A program made the translations under genes and the position numbers. Below the pieces are notes generated by a model, which was given only the letters and a program-made list of their open reading frames with translations, ran no database searches and was not told the origin of the DNA. A stretch of 64,000 bases of DNA, from assembly GCA_951406725.2 (NCBI GenBank), contig OX597831.1, forward strand, positions 3,286,001-3,350,000, given 5' to 3'. Shown in pieces: positions 55,313-64,000 of the stretch; the first letter of the stretch is position 1; every line of letters starts with the position of its first letter. Source of the DNA: Octopus vulgaris. Its lineage: Eukaryota.

Positions 55313-56355
55313 GCTCCCCAGAAAATAGTTATGTGAAAATATAAATCTAGCAAATATTCAATTATCAAAAAATATGCCAACTTTTGTATTGACAGATTGA
55401 CAGGAATTTTACATTAGTCGAGGGGCTTATTAAGAATTAGAACCGTTATTGCTACATAGCTTGCTCTCTTGTTCTCTTTACTCATTGAGATCATGTCTTT
55501 GAGATCAAAGAATTGTGATTAGTTGCATGAACTGGAATTATTGTATTGTAGAAATAAATACTATTGCTTGTTGATTGATTAACTGTGTGATGGGTCACTT
55601 TTCTCTATTAAAAGAGCAGCTGAATTTTACCTTTCAGTAAAATTGCATGAATATACTTTATATTCAGAGCAGTTACAATAATTGTGAAGTGGTGGTGGTG
55701 GTGGATTAAAAGAGTTAATTCACATTGGAGTTTTACAGTTACAAATTGTTATATGTACTAATAGCCAGTTAATACTGCCAGAAGGTTAATTTCTAGTTTA
55801 TAATTTTTTTTCTTCTTTTCGTCTGTGTTTTTCCATGCTGATATGGGTAGATTTAGCAAAATTGGGTACTTTGTTATTTGAACTCACAGTCCTACAACTG
55901 TATGCCTATGAAATAGATTTTTTGTTTTTTGAAGAGAGATAGAGGAGAGTGTAAGAATCTGAATAATTTATAGGAGTGAAAAACCTTTGAGCCATGTTAG
56001 GGCTTGTCTCTTAGAAGGTGGTAGAAACCAGCACAGTGCTGGTGTTTCATACCTTGCCGACCACTTATTGCTTGGTTAGCTTGCTTTTTCTAGTTTGGGG
56101 TGCTGATGAAATAAACAGGGTTTGTCAAAAAGAGTCATTATGTCTCATGTTAGGAGTGTTTATAGAAGTATTAATCCAGACAGCATAATTTTATTTGGGT
56201 ATGACATAACAGCAGTAGGAAGATTTGTACTCTTCACTTTGTTCTCTGTCATCCAATAACTGGACTTTACAACCATTATGCTTTTCTTAAATGGTAATGT
56301 TTCTCAGTTATAATAATATTTCAGTTTTAATCTTGTAGTGCTATCGTTACCCTGT

Positions 56356-56547
56356 TTCACCCTTTAGCGCTTAAACTGGCCACATCTGTCCAAAACACTC
56401 TATTTTATTTAGCATCTCATGCCTACCCTGTAATGCCACTTTAAAAATAAATGATCACAACATTAAAATCCTGAAGCATGGTTGTTTTAAATCAATGAAA
56501 AAATAAGCATAACATTTGACAGAATAATCTGAATCCGAAAGGGTTAA
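56356..56547. mobile_element. MITE family 1, opposite orientation
   Basis: TTCA-CCCTTTAGCG...CGAAAGGG-TTAA; the reverse complement aligns with 62082-62308. Confidence 0.75.
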
Positions 56548-56911
56548 AATGGGCTTTATTGTTGTATGAATGTGACATAGTTGTTGTGATAATGATGCAG
56601 GACCTGTCTTCATTGTAGACATTTGAAGAAAATTGTTGAGTTTTGCTCCAAAAGTAATACAAAGGCAAGCATAATTAACATAGCTCATTCAAATTGCATT
56701 AGTTAGAGAAATTTTTCAAAGAGGATTGAAGATTTATATGCAGTGACGGTGCAAATGCATTGCTTGTGGGTATGTTGAGTTGTACATTTATCTAGAGAAA
56801 GGGTTACATGTGCAGTTTGAATGACCTGGGTTATGATCACTTTTGCTTTACTTTTGGTCTAACTTTGTAGTCAAACAGGACTGTGATTTTCTTGTGTTTT
56901 TCTCCTTGTAG

Positions 56912-57294
56912 GTTTGAGCAACCTAATGCTGCAAATTCAAATCAGCAATTCCGACCACCATCTCAACCTGGAATGGTTACTCAACAGCAGCATCCTGAAC
57001 AAATGTACCCCAATCGATATGGCAGCAATCAGCAAATGACTTCAGTTCGGTCACATACTCCTCAACATGACCAGTACGCAGCCCAAGGAGGGTATCCTAA
57101 TCAGAGTAATACTTTTAATAGTCCGAGGGGAGTGGTACCACAGGAACAATATCAGAACTATCCGAATCAGCAAGCTGGTTTTGCTGGGCATCGACCACCT
57201 AGTTCACGAGAAGTCCCTGCTGGCAATATGTATGGAACGCCAAATAAAAGATATCCACCTGATGTTGAAAGGCGAGAGAATTTCAATATGTCAG
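56912..57294 (+). CDS. ARID1: ARID1/osa coding exon J (383 nt, phase 2 to 1), Q/P/Y-rich
   Basis: Polypyrimidine-TAG acceptor completes the Arg codon from exon I. FEQPNAANSNQQFRPP...MYGTPNKRY, with a CAG|GTAAGA donor. Confidence 0.87.
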
Positions 57295-58597
57295 GTAAGA
57301 ATTATTGCTAATTCTACTTTCTGCTCAGTACTACAAGAGAAACTTGGATTAAAAACTTATACACAATTGGTGTGAACAAGGTTTAGGTAATCTAAATTGC
57401 AGTAAACAGAAATTATTGCCAACTTGGTTTTTTCTTACCTTTTCTCCGTCTTTATTATTTACCATTAAAAAACAAATGGTATGAATTTTTCATCTTTACA
57501 CAATGCTCACATAACGTGTGTGTGTGTGCATGCACACCTGTGTATGTATTTTCATGATGTACCCTATAGATGTGTGTGTGTGTGCATACTTGTGTTGGCA
57601 TTTTTGTGGGCTGAGTTGAGCTGGTTCCAACCAGTGAATCCATAGTAGTGCAAACAAAAGTGGCCACAGGTATTTGACATAAATATCGTCAACTAGTCAT
57701 ATGTTACTGATGGCAGTCACCTTATGCAAGGATCACTTATCAATTCAAGATCCGAGTTGATCTTACTTCTCCACATTTTTTGCTGTCTTTCTTGCTGTTT
57801 ATGCCATAAATGCATGAATTCTCTCTCTCTCTCTCTCTATGTGTGCGTGTGTGTGTGTGTGTGCGCGCGTGCATATAAGTTTGCATTTTCTCAATTCATT
57901 TAAGTGTATATTGTCTAAATTTTCTTCGATTTCTTACATTTTGGCTTGTAAACATGAAAAAGCCAAGAAATATTTATTCTAAATTACTTGATCAATTTTT
58001 TTATTATTAAAATTTTACATGCTAAATGTTATTCTGGTTATGTGAAATGCATTAATTTTTATTATTTTGAAAACACACACACACACACTGATCAACATAG
58101 TTCCACTTAAATCTCTTCAAATCTCTCATTAAAAAAAATTTTCTTATATAATTAATGTAATAAGATTTATATAATATGCATGCAAATGATTTTATGCCAA
58201 ATTTCTTGAATGAGCTATTAACTCAAAAAGCACTGCAAAAGAGAAAAAAATTCATGGATATGTTTTCACTTGTGTTCTTCTCTACTGATATTTCATTACA
58301 AGAAAAGAACAGCCAAACTTCCCTTCATATTGTTCTGTCAATATTCAGGGCTTCCAACTCTAATAAAATTTCTGTCTTGTACTTTTCCTCACTTCTTATA
58401 TCTCTTAAGAGCCATTTCTGCATCTAAAGTAGATGATCTAATGCAGTCAAAATCATTCTACAGCCCGACACCGATTTTTGCTGTGAAATTTCTCCAAACA
58501 AACATTTTTTCTTTGGATTAGGGATTTTCTCTATGAAGTGAAAATTATTAAACACACAAAAAGAAACTATTTTGCATACATAATTTCTTTAATATGC

Positions 58598-58960
58598 AGC
58601 TGCAGGCATGCAACTACATTTTGTGGGTTCAGGCCCACTGTGTAGATCTTTAGACAAGTACTTTCTACTACAGCTTGGCAATTGAATTTGAAGAAAACTG
58701 TTCAGAAGCCCATCATAATGTATGCGTCTCATCTGTCCTTGGCTGGACACCTCAGGCTAATTGTAAACAAATTTCAACATTGTACAAGGGGTGTCATTTG
58801 TTTTTGCAATCTTCCATAATAATGTGTCTGGATATGGAAGACTACTCCACATAGAAGAAAGTGAGAGTTGGTGTCAGGAAGAGCCTAATGCCAGAGAAAT
58901 TCCTTTTCAGTGAATCTCTTCTGACCCATGCAAGCATGGAAAAGTAGACATTAAAATTAA
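58598..58960 (+). mobile_element. Diverged SINE with a family-A head and an RTE-type tail
   Basis: Head GGGTTCAGGCCCACTG...TTTAGACAAGTACTTTCTACTA...GAAAACTG..AGAAGCCC. Tail GTTGGTGTCAGGAAGAGC...CCCATGCAAGCATGGAAAAGTAGACATTAAA. Confidence 0.62.
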
Positions 58961-61558
58961 TGGTGGTGCTCCAGCATGGTTTTAGCTGTGATGGCTACAA
59001 CAAACTAAAGAACACGGGCATGTGCATATCTGCAATTTCATTGCTCATTGAAACATATCACTGAATAACACGGCTTTCAGACCTAACTGTGGCTATTCCA
59101 TTGTACTTTTGATCCAGTACGTTGGCAACGAACCATTGCAGTGTGTTATCTACCAACACCTGGGTAATTCATTCTAAAGTGCATAAATCAATCATGTATT
59201 GTATTCCTCTGTACTGAGGTCAGTTTTTATTTCAGTGCAATAATGATCTGTTGTCTAACGCATGGAATTGATTTTTATTAGCAGCTGTTGAATATTATTG
59301 AAACTGATAGCATTTATTGCTCTTGGCTTTAATTTTCAGCTTTTAACTCTATTTAGGTCAATTTCAACCCTTTTGTTACCAACCCATCTCCTATCACCAA
59401 TCAATGTAGAACATTGTGCTTGGTACCTCCTGTTTATATTTACCTATCTATACATTTAAATTAGAATGTAGATGTAAATATCATTACTAAGTGATAATTC
59501 ACGATTTCTATGTTGTGAATTTTCTGAATTTTCTTTGTAGATTTATTCTTTTTTTTTTAATCCTTTTTACTTTTATTTACTCTTTCTATACATTCTACTC
59601 TTCAAAAATTGTGCAAAATTCTTTAAGCTTTAGATTTAATTAGAGAGACTGATTTTGGAATGTTGCAAAAAAAAAAAAAAAAAAAAAAAAGATCCAGTAT
59701 AACTTGTGGATTTCCAAGTTAGTAAACATCAGGCAACAGTAGTAAAAATGGTGATTTCTTAAAAGGAAGTGGAGGGAAAAGCTTTAAAATATTCCTCTTC
59801 CAAAATTTTCAGAAGAAAGCAAATCCAATCATCCTCATGACCCAGAACATATTATCTTATTTATTCTTGTTTATTCCAACTGAGTATTGGTAAAAACAAC
59901 AGAGGAAAAAGGGCAAACTAAGTGAAATTAGGGCATTTCTGCCATTGATAGAATGATAAGCATTTAGTAAGCTGTATAATGTCATATTGATTATGAACTC
60001 TTTTCCTGTTCTGTGTATCACGTGATGTATTTTCATGGCATCCATGCATTGTATTTGATACACATTCCAAGTAAAGAAAGCTTTATATTAATTAAGAACA
60101 TTTGAAATGAACTAACGATATACCTGTTTATATATTTCAAATCCCGCTTGCACTTAGTTGCCGTTAGTTCTGTGACAAATTCTTTTGTAGATTTACGGTA
60201 GAACCTTTTCTGTTTGAAACTCCACTTTCATGTAAACAAATATTATGAAACCAATCTAAATTCAAGATAAACTTTAGAATTAATGAAAGGGTTGAAAATT
60301 GAAATCTGATATATAATATTGAGTTTGTTAATTTAAAAAAAAATTTAATCTATTTTTGTGTAACAATATTAATATACTCTTATAAAAAATATTCTCATTT
60401 TTACACTGTGTAATTGACCCAGTTTTATTTGTGTTTTATTGAGAAAATAACCAACTTATTTACTACTGATTTAATTTTAACATACACCTCTGTTACCAAG
60501 AAACTACTTAACTGTATATTATTCCTTGTATTTCATGTTTAAACCCATGTGTACCCTCCAGTTGTTTTCATTTTTGCTTTCATTGCTTATATAAATTGTT
60601 CCTTTCCCATTTAATACTTTAGTTGGCTGTTTGCTGAACTTTCTGTTCTATTTCTTACTTTTACTTTAGTTAAAAAAAAACTTTTTTTTTTCTATCCCTT
60701 CTAACTATACTTCCGATTTCTGACTTGGCTTTCTTAGACCCATTCATTCGCACATAGACTACTTCTCATATTTGTTCTAATTTGCATTGGCCCTGAAACT
60801 AATAATGGCATTTGCATTTTGTTTTATAGTTTTTGATATTTCTTTAAAAAGAAAACGGAAAACAGTTTTAATGGGGAAGGAATTGTAACAACGTTTGACC
60901 TGATCCTGACCTCATTGCAGCTATACAGAAATGTATTTGATATCAGGATTTTTAAAACTTGATTAGGAATAAAGATTTAATTGATCTGTTTCAGTTCAGT
61001 ATATTAGCTGAATAGCTACATCATATGCGTATGGGGGAACAAGGCATTTTAATTTAGTTAACTTCAAAATGGAATATCTTTAGAAATAGGTCACTGCAAA
61101 TCTTTTGGTATTCAAGTAAAATTTGATATAATTGAGTTACAATTCATAGCCTGTCCATTCATTCCTTCTGTAATCAACAAAGCTTATATTATTGGCAGGC
61201 TCTTTATTTTACTCTTATTATTAAATCACAATAGAAATACGTCTTTTCAAAGATTTTCCAATTCAGTTTCAGCATAAATGTTGAACAGTTGGAGAACCTA
61301 AATTTAAAGAGGGATGGGCTGTTAATTTAGCTTAAAATCTAAATATCTGAATACAAAGAAGCCATCTTTTTAGCCAAACCTAGTTTCTTTTCAGTGATTA
61401 GTGTTACCTTTCTACTGCTATCTGGAGTATTGATGGATGGGAACAGTTTCAAGTTCTAGTTTACTTTGTTGCTCATGGAAACTCCCACAATTCAGATTCA
61501 AACAAAGGATTTTGATTTCGGTTTCTCTTTTTTTCTTATTTTCCCCCTGCTGAACTAG

Positions 61559-61666
61559 GCTACACTAATCAGCCTAACTCCTACCCTGAAAAGCCTGGCT
61601 CTGCTCCTGTGATGTATCCACAATACAGGGAGGCTATGATTCCACCACAGGACAGCCCCATGCACG
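61559..61666 (+). CDS. ARID1: ARID1/osa coding exon K (108 nt, phase 1 to 1); the gene continues beyond the window
   Basis: Long pyrimidine tract plus TAG acceptor, and G|GTAAGC donor. GYTNQPNSYPEKPGSAPVMYPQYREAMIPPQDSPMH is in frame with exon J. Confidence 0.78.
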
Positions 61667-62081
61667 GTAAGCTTTAAAGCCAGTAGTAACCAGAAGATTT
61701 TCAATGCTCTTTCTTTTTTCAACTGTCTTAGAGCAAAATCTTAAGTAGAGCCATTTTATATTTTCCATGTGTAGGTTAGACCTTTACAACTTCAAAATTC
61801 TCAAGATCATCCTTTTAGGTTTACCTGTCATTCTTCTTGCACCAGAATGAAATTAATTCTTTTTCAATCTTACCCTACAGGCTATTGTATTATTGTAAAT
61901 AAATGTTCTTATCTACTCCTAAATATGTTTTCAATGAAAATTTTTGTTTTCTTTATTGCAGTAGTTAATTGTTAATGAGAACCCTGCCTAACATTGCAAC
62001 AAACATTACAGTTGGCTTCCACCAGCAATATATTTTTAACTATAGGTCTTAACATATTTTTATCACAAATCCACTGTTTCT

Positions 62082-62308
62082 TTAACCCTTTAGTGTTCAG
62101 ATTATTCCATCAAACATAATGCTTATTGATTCACATTGATTTGAATTAATCATGCATTATTTCCTACCTTCAAGATCTTGATGGTGTAATTACCTAATGT
62201 AGAATAACATTGTAGGGTAGGTGTGAGAGCCTGGATCTGGTCAGTTTGAACATAAAACAGATTAACTATTTTGGCCAGATATGGCCGGTTTAAATGCTAA
62301 AGGGTTAA
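62082..62308. mobile_element. TTAA-flanked MITE family 1 (piggyBac-type), best-preserved copy
   Basis: TTAA-CCCTTTAG ... CTAAAGGG-TTAA. Confidence 0.9.
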
Positions 62309-63132
62309 TTATGTGGATCTAACCCTTAATTTCCCTCATAGCTTGTAGAAGTGTTAGTATTGTTGAAATGTTAGGTTCAGCTGTGGTGATCAGTCAAGTA
62401 CTGATCTTTGGTACTTTATTGGTGTATTTGATTCTGAAGGTGTAGGGGCACACTTAGAAGATCAAGATCACTATTGTTTGTGACTTTAGTGTTTTAACTC
62501 TTTATTGTGCTTCCCTCAACGATTTCATTGATTCCAGTTTTCTGTGTGGGTGGTGGCAAGTGTAATATTTTAGTGCAATTTTTATTTTCTTAGAACCATC
62601 TTTGAAATACCTGTCTGCAGGCATTATACAGTGTCCTGACTGAGCCGGTTTTTTTTTTTTTTTTTAGTTGATTAGTCATAGTCCAGTCTGTTTGGGTAAA
62701 CTTGTGGCACACAGGTAGCCAATGAGATGTTTCAGGAGTTGATTAAATAGAATATGTATTATGTCTGTTTGTTATCCACCACCTTTATACAAGACAGAAG
62801 GTTTTGTCAGTGTGGCTAAAACTCCCCAGTTTTGGAGTTTGTGTAAGTGGAGCAAATAAGTTTTGTGACATTTATTTCAGCCATGTGATAAGAAAGTGAT
62901 GTACTTAATTGCCATTGGCTGATTCCTCTGCTGTGCCATCTTAAAGCATAGGTACAGTGGGTAGTTGTGCTGAGGGTCTCCCAAGACTTGGGGTCCCTGT
63001 TCTGATCTATGTATGTTGTAGCTTGCTGTTGATAAATAAATACTATAGGACCCAGTGCATTGATTTCCCCAGAGGACTATAATGCTGCTAACCATGGCCC
63101 TGTTCTACTTTAAGCAGCATGAAAAAAAAAAA

Positions 63133-63451
63133 GCACGTAAAAAGCACCATCCGAATCGTGTCCGAAGCCAGTGCCGCCTCGACTGGCTTCCGTGCCGGTG
63201 GCACGTAAAATGCACCAATCCGACTGTGGCCGATGCCAGCCTCGCCTGGCACCAGTACAGGTGGCACGTAAAAAGCACCCACTACACTCATGGAGTGGTT
63301 GGCGTTAGGAAGGGCATCCAGCTGTAGAAACATTGCCAGATCAGACTGGAGCCTGGTGCAGCCTTCTGGCTTCCCAGATCCTCGGTCAAACCGTCCAACC
63401 CATGCTAGCATGGAGAACGGACGTTAAACGATGATGATGATGATGATGATG
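63133..63451 (+). mobile_element. RTE 3'-tail repeat with three GCACGTAAAA.GCACC modules
   Basis: Modules at 63133, 63201 and 63264, then the conserved body and a (GAT)n tail. Confidence 0.93.
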
Positions 63452-64000
63452 ATATATATATATATTTTGTGAAGCTGGTTTTTACAGATATTATAACCAG
63501 TTCACCCCGTCAGCCAAAATTCTTAATCATTTTTGTTACCAGAAGCATTTTTCTGTGAAGAAATTTGAAAAATGATTATCGAGCATAAGATAGTGAATCT
63601 GTTCCAGTTATCCTTGTTTCTATGCTATTTAAGCTAAGCAATTCTGCAATGCTTCTGAATATGGTAGACTTAAGGTGCAGTTGTTATATTTTCTTAATGG
63701 TACGAACCACTGTATGTTGCCTAGTTGGTAAGTGACATGGAAAACATTGATAATTTGCATCTAATAATATTGTTTAGTGAATAGATTCCACTCAGCTTAA
63801 CTGTATTTTCCCCTTGCATTTGTCAGGCAGTCTCAACAAAATAAACTGTTCTTGTTGACTGATTAACTATGGCACAAAATCTCACTTATTAATTAGCAAT
63901 TAGTTTTGGTGCTAATTTTTGGTAAAAAGTTCTCAAATTTGAATTTTTTTTTTTTTTTTTTTAGACTATTGTATAATTTTTCTTTTCTCTTAAACTTTCA

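Noticed and set aside
63133-63280. CRISPR-like repeat-spacer pattern (GCACGTAAAAAGCACC x3)
   Set aside because: The spacers are homologous to each other, the context is eukaryotic with no cas genes, and it is part of a retroposon UTR.

Overview
AT-rich animal genomic DNA. The SINE, RTE-tail and MITE families suggest a cephalopod, probably Octopus; this is inferred from recognising the repeats, not from a search. The window is the middle of a large + strand gene for an ARID1A/B (osa/BAF250) SWI/SNF subunit. Eleven phase-compatible coding exons lie between 24578 and 61666 (about 3700 nt, about 1230 aa) and include the ARID DNA-binding domain. The gene start and end lie outside the window. The first ~18.6 kb, presumably intronic, is a huge degenerate (TA)n array. 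It hosts three copies of a CR1/L2-group LINE, an RTE LINE with a PHD finger inside its reverse transcriptase, tail stubs and a hammerhead-like motif, and a Tc1 remnant follows it. The introns carry many RTE-tail repeats, tRNA-derived SINEs, TTAA (piggyBac-type) MITEs and a mariner relic. The most interesting observations are: the PHD finger in RTE ORF2; a tandem pseudoknot-like module in the RTE 3' UTR that is also the commonest dispersed repeat; two LINE copies of different subfamilies truncated at the same nucleotide; a covarying LINE/SINE tail hairpin with SINE tail swapping; and a recursive-splice-type AG|GTAAG acceptor inside the ARID domain. The very long Y/I-rich ORFs are microsatellite artefacts.
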